A stretch of DNA of 27,229 bases, from contig JBJXGI010000074.1 of assembly GCA_046153645.1 (NCBI GenBank), positions 1-27,229 of the forward strand, read 5' to 3'. The notes below the pieces were generated by a model. That model was not told where the DNA came from, searched no databases, and saw nothing but the letters and a program-made list of their open reading frames with translations. The DNA comes from Elusimicrobiota bacterium. Lineage in GTDB: Bacteria; Elusimicrobiota; Elusimicrobia; F11. The position numbers and the translations under genes are program-made. Of the stretch, positions 1 through 8,021 are shown in pieces; positions within the stretch are counted from its first letter, which is position 1, and each line of letters starts with the position of its first letter.

Positions 1-348
1 CATATTCCCCTCCGTGTCAGTGACGAGAGAAATAAAACCATGCTCTCCGATTGAAAATTTCCCTTTAAAAATTTTCCCGCCATGCGCCGAGGCTCTTTGC
101 TCCTCAATAGCACAATCATCGCAAGTAAAATAAACCAGGGTGCTGTTCCCGCCGGAAGTAAACCCTTCAATTTTTACAAGCGCCCCGGGGGCCCCATATA
201 ATTTCTGATCCATAGGAAAGGCCCACATCTCCATTCCAGGAAATTTCAATTCGCTAAGCTTTGTTTTAAATACATTTTCATAAAATAATTTTGCTCTCGA
301 CATGTTTTGAACATAGATCTCAAACCAGCCAACTTGATTATTTTTCAT
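1..348 (-). CDS. VOC/glyoxalase-family protein (3' end runs off the window)
   Basis: Not in the ORF track. Translated by hand from ATG at 348 (GGAG RBS upstream): MKNNQVGWFEIYVQNMSRAKLFYENVF...GNSTLVYFTCDDC...GEHGFISLVTDTEGNM. WFEI/FY and DxEGN motifs are typical of VOC proteins. Confidence 0.88.
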   Translation of the reverse strand, partial: MKNNQVGWFEIYVQNMSRAKLFYENVFKTKLSELKFPGMEMWAFPMDQKLYGAPGALVKIEGFTSGGNSTLVYFTCDDCAIEEQRASAHGGKIFKGKFSIGEHGFISLVTDTEGNM

Positions 349-408
349 ACCACATTCTCCAATTTTCTAGCTTTAGTTACTTTTAAATGGGTGTGGCGGC
401 CTAAATCC

Positions 409-993
409 TTACCGAGGCCCCGCTGAAAGACCTTTTTCAATCCGACGATCCGGAACTAGCCACATGATGGCCACCAGAATGTAAAGGGTTAAAGATATCC
501 AGGAATTGATGAGGGTCATTGGGACAGCCACGATATACATAACGAGAGAAATCCTTCCCTTCAAATCTGTCCCTAACGCTGTCGCCAGAACGGAATCTTT
601 CCCATGTGCCAAAACAAGCATTCGTGCAAGAATATGGTATGCGGTGCCTGCCAGCAGAAGATTTAAGCCATAAAGAGCTACAGGATACTGCGCAAAATGA
701 TTTTCTCCCATCCAAGCGGTAGTGAAGGGAACAAGGGAAAGCCAGAATAGCAGGTGCATGTTCGCCCAAAGGATGCCTCCATTTACCTGCTTGACAGCTT
801 GGAGCAAGTGGTGATGGTTGTTCCAATAAATTCCCAGAAAAACAAAACTTAACACATAACTAAGAAACACAGGTATTAAAGGAACCAGCGCTGTCAATTC
901 AGTTCCGTGAGGAACTTTCATTTCCAATACCATAATTGTGATAATAATGGCCAACACGCCATCACTAAACGCTTCTATCCGACTCTTTGTCAT
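409..993 (-). CDS. TMEM175-family (DUF1211) potassium channel
   Basis: N-terminal RIEAFSDGVLAIIITIM (RxxxFSD) signature, YWNNHH motif, about 6 TM helices. Confidence 0.92.
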   Translation of the reverse strand: MTKSRIEAFSDGVLAIIITIMVLEMKVPHGTELTALVPLIPVFLSYVLSFVFLGIYWNNHHHLLQAVKQVNGGILWANMHLLFWLSLVPFTTAWMGENHFAQYPVALYGLNLLLAGTAYHILARMLVLAHGKDSVLATALGTDLKGRISLVMYIVAVPMTLINSWISLTLYILVAIMWLVPDRRIEKGLSAGPR

Positions 994-1059
994 AAGTACC
1001 TCTTAAGAGTTGATTTAAGATGACCATCAAAAAAACCATCGCCACCGTATCTTCCCGCC

Positions 1060-1067
1060 ATTATACT
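1060..1067. promoter_or_regulatory. Overlapping divergent -10 hexamers
   Basis: ATTATACT gives TATAAT on - (1060-1065, toward TMEM175) and TATACT on + (1062-1067, toward the barrel gene) in the divergent gap. Confidence 0.35.
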
Positions 1068-1075
1068 TAAAACAA

Positions 1076-1597
1076 ATGATCCTCTCGAAAACCATGCGAC
1101 GAGCCTTCCTCTCTCTTTTAGGATCGCTATTATTATTCAGCTTTGCGCACAGCGAAGAGGTTCCGCACACTCTCGCACTGGGGGCCACCGTCATCGGTGC
1201 ACAGCTACATTGGGGTTTTTCAAGAAAGTCGGCCCTTGAAATACGAATGCTCAAGCACAAAGAGAATAACGATACCACCGAAAACACTCTAACCGCCTAT
1301 GCATACGGACTACGTACGTACCGTTATTTCAAACCCATCATGGCAGGCAAACGTACCCGTCTTTATATGGGGCTTGAGGCCGCCTCCACGCGAAGCACCT
1401 CCAGCACCTATGATTACAAAACAACTGGTTTTGCTTTGGGTGGTTTCGGCGGAACAGAAATTTATGTGTTGCGTCGCTTGTCTCTGGGCTTCGACCTTGG
1501 ACCGTATGTGGTTTCAAGCAAAGTGCGGGGCAGCGACACATCGAGTGGAGAAATATTGGTGGTGGTTAACACTTACATGAACTTTTATTTTTTATGA
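1076..1597 (+). CDS. Small outer-membrane beta-barrel-like protein (true start possibly ATG 1094)
   Basis: Signal peptide ending FAHS, alternating-hydrophobic strands (LYMGLEA, GGTEIYV, LSLGFDLGP), aromatic C-terminal strand NTYMNFYFL. Confidence 0.65.
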   Translation: MILSKTMRRAFLSLLGSLLLFSFAHSEEVPHTLALGATVIGAQLHWGFSRKSALEIRMLKHKENNDTTENTLTAYAYGLRTYRYFKPIMAGKRTRLYMGLEAASTRSTSSTYDYKTTGFALGGFGGTEIYVLRRLSLGFDLGPYVVSSKVRGSDTSSGEILVVVNTYMNFYFL

Positions 1598-2811
1598 AGA
1601 AATATTTATTTATCTTCAGTCTCACCATTTTTTCTCTGATGGCTGACGTCTATGCTGAGATACATTTCGGTTTGGGAAAAGCCGCAGCCAAACAGGCCTC
1701 AAAAGCCGTCGAGGAACAACGATCCAAAGACAACCAACTTAATCTTCCTGCGTGCACCGGTGAAGAGTACTCCGTCTCGCCGATCGATCTGGCCACCACC
1801 TTTCATTTAGAACCGCTGGGACATATGTCGGGCGTGGGCGGCCATCTTTTTCCGACGGACCATATTTATTTTTACGTGCTAAAATCGACCTCTGCCACCC
1901 CCACTTATAACATCTACGCCCCAGGTGACATGGCCATCACAAGCGTGGCGTCTTATCGCTACAACAATGCCAATCCAGTTTTTACCGACTACTCGCTGCG
2001 ATTTTCTCCATGCCAAGGTCTTTCCGGTTTCTATTATCACATGGGCGCTTTAAGCGCAGAACTGGAGGCAAAAATCGGCGCAATCAACGGCTCCTGCTAT
2101 AACTACACAGATGGTTCGATCACCCTTTGCTCGAAGGATATAGTGCTTTATGTGAAGGCCGGAGATTTATTGGGGACATTGATTGGCAAGGTGGGAAATT
2201 CTTTTACCGTTCTTGATTTCGGCGCCTACGATCACAACAAACCTGCGCTCGGTTTTATCAGCCCCGCGCGATACGCCAACCAAAACGAACGCTTCACCCG
2301 CTGCCCGGTAGAACCGTTTACTGACCCCGTGAAATCGATGCTCACGGCGCGCTTTGGAAAATATGACGGGACTGTTTTGCGCACCACCCCGCCCGTTTGC
2401 GGCGAGATCATGTACGACGTGGCCGGGACAGCGCAAGGTTTGTGGTATGTGGCCGGAACACCGATGGCGGCGGTGTCGGATCTTTCACCACATTTGGCTC
2501 TCGTGCCTGATAACGTACTGCCCTCGACCGGCGTTTTTTCCGTTGGAAATTCAATGAGCGCAAGCTCACTCGTCGGCACGCAATATTATTTTCAAACGGT
2601 GAACGGCGCTGGGCTCGTGAACCGCGATTTTGACGAAATAACCTCAGATGGGAACATTTATTGCTACGATAATTTTCAGAACCTGATCAATTCGATCATT
2701 TTGCTGCAGCTACCAACCTCCACCACACTAAAAATCGAACGTCAAACAGCCGCATCCTGCGGCGCCGGCCCGTGGTCGTTTACCAACAACGCCAGTAATT
2801 TTGAGCGGTAG
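1594..2811 (+). CDS. Secreted Cys-rich protein with degenerate M23/LytM-like fold
   Basis: Signal peptide (..DVYA), 8 Cys. IYAPGD, YYHM, VKAGDLLG and LDFG parallel M23 VYAxxDG, YxHL, VKAGQxIG and HLHF. ATGA overlap with the upstream gene. Confidence 0.55.
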   Translation: MKKYLFIFSLTIFSLMADVYAEIHFGLGKAAAKQASKAVEEQRSKDNQLNLPACTGEEYSVSPIDLATTFHLEPLGHMSGVGGHLFPTDHIYFYVLKSTSATPTYNIYAPGDMAITSVASYRYNNANPVFTDYSLRFSPCQGLSGFYYHMGALSAELEAKIGAINGSCYNYTDGSITLCSKDIVLYVKAGDLLGTLIGKVGNSFTVLDFGAYDHNKPALGFISPARYANQNERFTRCPVEPFTDPVKSMLTARFGKYDGTVLRTTPPVCGEIMYDVAGTAQGLWYVAGTPMAAVSDLSPHLALVPDNVLPSTGVFSVGNSMSASSLVGTQYYFQTVNGAGLVNRDFDEITSDGNIYCYDNFQNLINSIILLQLPTSTTLKIERQTAASCGAGPWSFTNNASNFER

Positions 2812-2863
2812 CCCAGCCAGGCATTTGGGTAAGATTCGTGATTTGGTACCGGTTCCTTAGAAT

Positions 2864-2913
2864 CGGAAGTCGGAAGGGGTCAACACGGAAGGGGTCAAGT
2901 CGCTACATGCGAC
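2864..2913 (+). repeat. Short direct repeats plus hairpin between convergent genes
   Basis: CGGAAGGGGTCAA at 2871-2883 and 2886-2898, extra CGGAAG at 2864-2869, hairpin GTCGC-TACAT-GCGAC at 2899-2913. Confidence 0.7.
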
Positions 2914-2917
2914 ATTT

Positions 2918-3154
2918 TTAGAAATGTTTGGAACGGAAGGCGCGGCCGGATTGCGTTTTTAAGTATTTCTCAAACCACACAGCCTTTGCGTCTTCCAAAA
3001 ACCAAAATGCTGCCGTCATCTTCCAAGGACGGAGAGTTCGAGTGTAGTCTGATTCTCCGTTATTGTGCTGCCTTAATCGCTGCTTTAAATCCTTTGTGAG
3101 ACCGATGTAATATTTTTGCTCATCCTGAAGACTTCTAAGAATATAGACATACAT
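2918..3154 (-). CDS. Stand-alone short GIY-YIG nuclease
   Basis: YVYIL...YYIG, RLRQHN, YT...RPW and E-KYLK motifs; GGAGG RBS upstream. Confidence 0.92.
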   Translation of the reverse strand: MYVYILRSLQDEQKYYIGLTKDLKQRLRQHNNGESDYTRTLRPWKMTAAFWFLEDAKAVWFEKYLKTQSGRAFRSKHF

Positions 3155-3191
3155 GACTTTCCCTCCATGATGGGTTTCAGAGGGGGTTTGT

Positions 3192-3282
3192 CCGTCTTCG
3201 CGGTGATTTACTTCGGTTAATCTGTGGAGGGGTTTACCACGTCGTAGCTGCGGCGCTTCTCAGCCGCGTCCAGCGAAGACGG
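3192..3282. repeat. Structured palindromic (REP-like) element abutting the tRNA 3' end
   Basis: Perfect 10-bp IR CCGTCTTCGC (3192-3201)/GCGAAGACGG (3273-3282) enclosing three small hairpins, one with a C-TTCG-G loop. Confidence 0.7.
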
Positions 3283-3356
3283 GTGATCGACGGGACTTGA
3301 ACCCGCAACCTCAAGGTCCACAACCTTGCGCTCTAACCAGTTGAGCTACGACCACC
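3282..3356 (-). tRNA. tRNA-His (GTG), encoded G-1, CCA not encoded
   Basis: G-GTGGTCG/CGATCAC-C acceptor, D arm GCTC/GAGC, anticodon arm CAAGG-TT-GTG-GA-CCTTG, T arm GCGGG-TTCAAGT-CCCGT. Discriminator C is followed by CG. Confidence 0.97.
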
Positions 3357-3368
3357 AAAGGGACGTGA

Positions 3369-3377
3369 ATATTAGCA
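3369..3377 (-). promoter_or_regulatory. Possible extended -10 promoter for tRNA-His
   Basis: TGCTAATAT (TGn-TAnnnT) about 12 nt upstream of the tRNA. Confidence 0.4.
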
Positions 3378-3388
3378 AAAAAACGAAT

Positions 3389-4321
3389 TTATTGAGGGAG
3401 GCTTTTAATGGTTTCTGAAATTTTCTTAAAAGACGTTTCATAATGAACCAAAACCATATTGCGTTTATTTGATCTTACATATCTTGTAATAGGTAATTCT
3501 TTTGCTGGTTGTGGCCGCTCTTTTCCAATAATAATTTGATATTCGAACTGAGGCCCCTTAATAAAAAAACTACCATACGGTTTATCAAATACGCCTTCTG
3601 AAATCGATTCTATTGATGCAAAATCTATAGCAGAAAGACCTTCAAGATCCACAATAAGATTTAATAAATAGGGTTCCGGATATTTTTTCCCAGCACTGGT
3701 TATCCACGTATTACTGTCTTTATTAACGGAATATTGAACACCAGGGAGATTAATCTGAAGAGAAGTTAAATCTTTTAAACTATCAGGAAAAAGTCGTTTT
3801 GCTCTAAAATAATTAGGGCCAAAGGCCAACTTATAGGGCATTAAATCTTTGGCAATATAAACCGCGTCTTGGCTAGAAAAGCGCATAAAAGATTCGTTAT
3901 AACCTGATGTCATTTTCCCCAAATAAATATCGAGCGTTGGTTTTGATAAATCAGTCGTAAATACTTGGAAACGAGGAGCTTTTTCTGGTTGTAGATCAAA
4001 CTGGTCAAATTTACTTTTATTGTTAGTAATAAGAGAAGAGACAGAAAACACTTTGGCCATTCTTAGCACGTCATTTACAAAAACAACATCGGCGGTGTCT
4101 TTATTTGGCGCCATTATCACCCATTCTTCTTCAACTTTTTCAAAAGTGTAAGACCCATATCGATTATCAATAATAAATTTCTTTACTTGAGAGAAATCAA
4201 CCTTTGCTAAGGGTTGTGATTCAGCGCGAAAAGATCGCCCTTTAAAAAAGAGCAACATAACCCCCACTGAAACAAAAGCGCACAAAATCAATAGGACGAA
4301 AAGTTTCTTCTTAAAATTCAT
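3389..4321 (-). CDS. DUF4340-domain membrane-anchored protein
   Basis: N-terminal TM, two repeats ending in 'IYLGK' and 'IIIGK', typical position after a GldG-like gene. Confidence 0.75.
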   Translation of the reverse strand: MNFKKKLFVLLILCAFVSVGVMLLFFKGRSFRAESQPLAKVDFSQVKKFIIDNRYGSYTFEKVEEEWVIMAPNKDTADVVFVNDVLRMAKVFSVSSLITNNKSKFDQFDLQPEKAPRFQVFTTDLSKPTLDIYLGKMTSGYNESFMRFSSQDAVYIAKDLMPYKLAFGPNYFRAKRLFPDSLKDLTSLQINLPGVQYSVNKDSNTWITSAGKKYPEPYLLNLIVDLEGLSAIDFASIESISEGVFDKPYGSFFIKGPQFEYQIIIGKERPQPAKELPITRYVRSNKRNMVLVHYETSFKKISETIKSLPQ

Positions 4322-5886
4322 AAGTCTTTATAAACGAGTGGGAGAAACGCCACTTTATTTTTCTGACGCCTCCACATAAGGAGCCCAATAAAAACGGTGA
4401 GAATAGGCAAAACCGTCATCATCGAATATCTCACTAAATTTCGACTCAAATCAGTCATTTCTCTCAAGGGTTTTCGAATAACACCCTTGGAGCGAATGGC
4501 CAGTAATTCCTCATCTTGGACACTCCAATCAATTAAATTCAAAAACAAATTTATATTCGATTGCCTGGCCGGATAACTTGAATTGACGAGTTTAGAAGTG
4601 CCAATAACAATCATTCTCCCCACTTTCCCCTCTTGTCCCACCACAAGTGGCGCAAATGTACCTTCAATAAGGGCTCCCATCACCGCATAGCCAGGTCCAC
4701 CTGTCGGAGGAACGGCTCTCTGGTCTAAAGGAGACAGTCTCGAGGGATTTGTATCTACATAACTTAATCGTGAGCCTCTAATAAGAGGAATATAATTTAG
4801 TCCTTGTTTTCGATCTAAAATTTCAATAGGAGAAGTGAAGGGCATAGATAAACCATCTATATTTTTAGTCGCCGGATATTGTCGATTTAAATCGGTTGCC
4901 CAAGGGAAATAAGGATATTGGAGTGTATATAACATCTGCGATCCCCCCTGAATGGCTCGAATTTGAATGGAGTCACACTGAGGATCAACAACAATTCCTT
5001 CTCCCAAACGAAAGCCCCATTGTTCAAAAAAAGTTTCAAAGCCAGTTTTAATGGGGGTTGCTGTAAAATTTTTAATATTAATATCGAAACGATCAATTAA
5101 GAGGCCAGCGGTTCCACCATTAACAACAAATTGCTTTAAACTATTAAATGCTTCTGGCTCCCACTCTTTTTTAGGGCCAATGACCCACAAAGATTTAATA
5201 TCCACGGGAATGGGATCTTTTAAGTTTATGACTCTAATTTCATAAAGCTGTGTCAAAGCAGGAGCTAAAAATTCAAGGTCTTCAGATGAAAAGTCTAACC
5301 CTTCGCCATTAGAAACAATTCCAATCGCTTTTTTAGTCGGGCTTATAAGTCGGCGAAGTCGTTGAGTTAACTCATACTCCAAACCATCGGTATTTTGAAT
5401 AATGGGGACCGATTCTTTTTTGTCTCCATAGAGGAGCCCAACCCCCATAAAACATTCTTTAATTTCTTGTCGGCCTTTGGCACGCACTTCCAACTGAAGT
5501 GGAGCAACTCCATCTGAAATAGCGCGTTCTCGCCCTTGATCGTATTTGGTTGGATCAAAGCGTTCAATGCGAATTTTTCCACCAGAAGCCCGCCTATATT
5601 CAGACAACAAGTCCAATGTAAATTGTTCATTTAGTTTAAAATTGGGTGGTAAATCGGAAGAAAAAATAACTCGAACAATAACGGTATCATCCAATTTTTT
5701 TAAAACACCTTTGGTTCCATCAGATATCGAATATAACCTACCTTCGCTTAAATCCAATCGCATCGGAACAAAACTAAAAATATAGTTAATCCCCAATAAA
5801 ATGATTGAGAGAAACCCAGCGCCAGTCCATGAAGAGAGGGTAAACTGTTTTCTAAATTTTTCTTGTTTTGTTTGAGTTGTATTCAT
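4318..5886 (-). CDS. GldG-like ABC transporter auxiliary component
   Basis: RLDLSEGRLYSIS motif, LEYELT, NLIDW...LLAIRSK, C-terminal TM followed by WRR. Confidence 0.85.
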   Translation of the reverse strand: MNTTQTKQEKFRKQFTLSSWTGAGFLSIILLGINYIFSFVPMRLDLSEGRLYSISDGTKGVLKKLDDTVIVRVIFSSDLPPNFKLNEQFTLDLLSEYRRASGGKIRIERFDPTKYDQGRERAISDGVAPLQLEVRAKGRQEIKECFMGVGLLYGDKKESVPIIQNTDGLEYELTQRLRRLISPTKKAIGIVSNGEGLDFSSEDLEFLAPALTQLYEIRVINLKDPIPVDIKSLWVIGPKKEWEPEAFNSLKQFVVNGGTAGLLIDRFDINIKNFTATPIKTGFETFFEQWGFRLGEGIVVDPQCDSIQIRAIQGGSQMLYTLQYPYFPWATDLNRQYPATKNIDGLSMPFTSPIEILDRKQGLNYIPLIRGSRLSYVDTNPSRLSPLDQRAVPPTGGPGYAVMGALIEGTFAPLVVGQEGKVGRMIVIGTSKLVNSSYPARQSNINLFLNLIDWSVQDEELLAIRSKGVIRKPLREMTDLSRNLVRYSMMTVLPILTVFIGLLMWRRQKNKVAFLPLVYKDL

Positions 5887-5888
5887 AT

Positions 5889-6626
5889 TTAAAAGCGCCG
5901 TGTTGTTAATCTTTGGACAGTTAAATATAAAAAGAAATAAATTAACGTTCCAAAATAAACGAAATCTCTCAAATCAAAAACACCACGCCCTAAAGTATTC
6001 AAATGAGAGAGAACCCCTATAAAATCTGCAAAACGCCCCTCAACACCAGGTAAAAGCGTGTAAAACTGCCCAATAAAAAAGAAACAAGACGTAAACAAAA
6101 TTCCAACGATCAGCGAAACCACCTGACTTTTGGATAGAGAAGAAGCAAAAAGTCCCATCGCGGCAAAAGAAAGGCCAACAAAATAAAGCCCTAATAACAT
6201 TCCCAAAGTCCCTCCCCAATCAAGGCCGCTCATATGATTGGTCGTTATTTTTGCAATAAACCCATGGATACTAAACCCAATGGTTAATGGAATCAATAAT
6301 AAAGCGACACCAAAATATTTTCCAAGCACAATTTCCCAATCTCGGATAGGCAAGGTTGCCATCGATTCAAAAGTGCCAGATCGTAATTCATCTGATATAA
6401 GCCCCATCGTTAAAGCGGGAATAACGATCCACATCGCCCAAGGGGCCAAAGCCCCAATTCCGCTGATAGAAGCTTGGTTTGAATCCAAATAATTAAAACC
6501 AAATATGCCACAAACAAAACCATAATAAAAAATAGCCACCACATATAAGATGGGGGATTCAACGGCATGACGAAAAGTTCGTCCCGCCAAAGTTTTAATA
6601 TTAAAAAAACTAAGATTTTTTTTCAT
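5889..6626 (-). CDS. GldF-like ABC-2 permease
   Basis: PALTMGLISDELRSGT, IVLGKY, RGVFDLRD, 6 TMs. Confidence 0.88.
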   Translation of the reverse strand: MKKNLSFFNIKTLAGRTFRHAVESPILYVVAIFYYGFVCGIFGFNYLDSNQASISGIGALAPWAMWIVIPALTMGLISDELRSGTFESMATLPIRDWEIVLGKYFGVALLLIPLTIGFSIHGFIAKITTNHMSGLDWGGTLGMLLGLYFVGLSFAAMGLFASSLSKSQVVSLIVGILFTSCFFFIGQFYTLLPGVEGRFADFIGVLSHLNTLGRGVFDLRDFVYFGTLIYFFLYLTVQRLTTRRF

Positions 6627-7567
6627 GGTTTTGTTTGAGTGGTTTGTGTTAAAGCTCTAAAAACTTCTTCGAGACTCAACTTTTTCATTTGGAGTGATAA
6701 AATAGGCCAATTTTTTGAACTTGCTAATCTAAAAATATCTTTTCTTAAATCATCCTCTGCTTTGGATTCCAAGATAAACCCAACGCCCTCTTGAGACGGC
6801 TCATCAATAAGTTTTGTCACTTTAGGGAAATTTTCTAGTTCATGACGAATGGTTTCTTTATCACCATCGAAACTCACCGACAATCGATTGACATCCTTAA
6901 GGCTTCCTCCCAAATCTTGCGGAGTTCCATCGGCGACCACTTTGCCTTTATTAATAATGAGAACTCTGTCACAGGTATGCTGAACTTCACTTAAAATGTG
7001 TGTGGATAAAATAAGCGTTTTTTCTTTCTTAAGATTTGAGATAAGAGATCTCACTTCTTGAACTTGATTGGGGTCTAAACCTGAGGTTGGTTCATCTAAA
7101 ATTAAAATATCAGGGTCATGAATAATCGATTGAGCAAGCCCCACACGCTGACGATACCCTTTTGACAATTCTCCTAATTTTTTTCCAATCATCGGGATTA
7201 ACGAACAAACTTTTAATACATGTTTCACTCGTTCCATTCGATGATCCAAATCAACCAGACCACGAAGTTTCCCTATAAAATGAAGGTAATCGGTCAGTTC
7301 AATATCTTCAGGTAAAGGATTGTTTTCTGGAAGATAACCACAACGCTGTCGAACTTGGATTGAGTTTTCAATTAAGTTTAAACCTAACAAGGTAGCTTCT
7401 CCATCATCAGGAGAAAGATACCCAGTTAAAAGCCGCATGGTGGTTGTTTTTCCAGCTCCGTTGGGACCTAAAAACCCAACAACCTGCCCCGTTTTGATTT
7501 CGAAACTAACACCATCAACCGCTTTGGTCGTTCCAAATTTTTTATGAAGGTTTTTTGCTTCAATCAT
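6623..7567 (-). CDS. GldA-like ABC transporter ATP-binding protein
   Basis: Walker A GPNGAGKT, signature LSKGYRQR, Walker B ILDEP. Confidence 0.93.
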   Translation of the reverse strand: MIEAKNLHKKFGTTKAVDGVSFEIKTGQVVGFLGPNGAGKTTTMRLLTGYLSPDDGEATLLGLNLIENSIQVRQRCGYLPENNPLPEDIELTDYLHFIGKLRGLVDLDHRMERVKHVLKVCSLIPMIGKKLGELSKGYRQRVGLAQSIIHDPDILILDEPTSGLDPNQVQEVRSLISNLKKEKTLILSTHILSEVQHTCDRVLIINKGKVVADGTPQDLGGSLKDVNRLSVSFDGDKETIRHELENFPKVTKLIDEPSQEGVGFILESKAEDDLRKDIFRLASSKNWPILSLQMKKLSLEEVFRALTQTTQTKP

Positions 7568-7968
7568 GCCGATAAACCTGTCTGAATCTCCAGTTGCTTA
7601 ATGCGGTATTCATGAATAATGGCAAATTTATCCAATGAATCCATTTTTTTAGCGTGGTCATCAAATCGATCTAAAATAATTCGAATATCAGCTTTAGTGG
7701 CCATATTTTCTTCAATTTTATTTACTCGTTCATCAACTCGAAGAATGGCTATTGCCAACTTTTCTACCTGAGCCCTAAGCTCTTCTTTTGTCGCCAACAG
7801 AGCAACTTTGCTATCAAACTCTTTCCGAGTTATTAACAAAGCTATTTTTTCCTCAAACTCTTTTCTAGTTACCAACATTGCAATTTTTTCATTAAACTCT
7901 TTTTTAGTAACTATTTTTTTCGATTCTTTAATAAACTTTTCTTCAGTTAGATAGTTTTGGTTTTTCAT
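7564..7968 (-). CDS. Coiled-coil protein with 13-aa tandem repeats
   Basis: LTEEKFIKESKKI/VTKKEFNEKIAML/VTRKEFEEKIALL/ITRKEFDSKVALL/ATKEELRAQVEKL, later MATKADI. GGAG RBS; ATGA overlap with the ABC ATPase. Confidence 0.8.
   Translation of the reverse strand: MKNQNYLTEEKFIKESKKIVTKKEFNEKIAMLVTRKEFEEKIALLITRKEFDSKVALLATKEELRAQVEKLAIAILRVDERVNKIEENMATKADIRIILDRFDDHAKKMDSLDKFAIIHEYRIKQLEIQTGLSA
7795..7911 (-). repeat. Intragenic 39-nt imperfect tandem repeat (3 core units)
   Basis: AAACTCTTT recurs every 39 nt on +; encodes the three most similar 13-aa units. Confidence 0.8.
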
Positions 7969-8005
7969 ATATTATTCTCCAATTTTAAGTTTGGAGGGGG
8001 CGCAA

Positions 8006-8014
8006 ATCATAGCA
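8006..8014 (-). promoter_or_regulatory. Possible extended -10 promoter for the repeat-protein/ABC operon
   Basis: TGCTATGAT just downstream of the mfd stop. Confidence 0.4.
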
Positions 8015-8021
8015 AAAGAAA

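Noticed and set aside
2116..2125. TCGATCACCC identical to the tRNA-His 3' end (possible att site)
   Set aside because: Inverted relative to the tRNA, only 10 bp, inside an intact CDS, and no integrase is present.
2864..2898. Direct repeats as a CRISPR array
   Set aside because: Two 13-bp copies with a 2-nt spacer; no cas genes.
3241..3352. 9-bp complementarity between the downstream element (3241-3249) and the tRNA 5' region (3344-3352)
   Set aside because: Short, and both segments are explained by their own structures; likely coincidence.
4318..7567. Gliding motility locus
   Set aside because: GldA/F/G-like ABC systems with DUF4340 are widespread outside gliding bacteria, and no other gld/spr genes are present.
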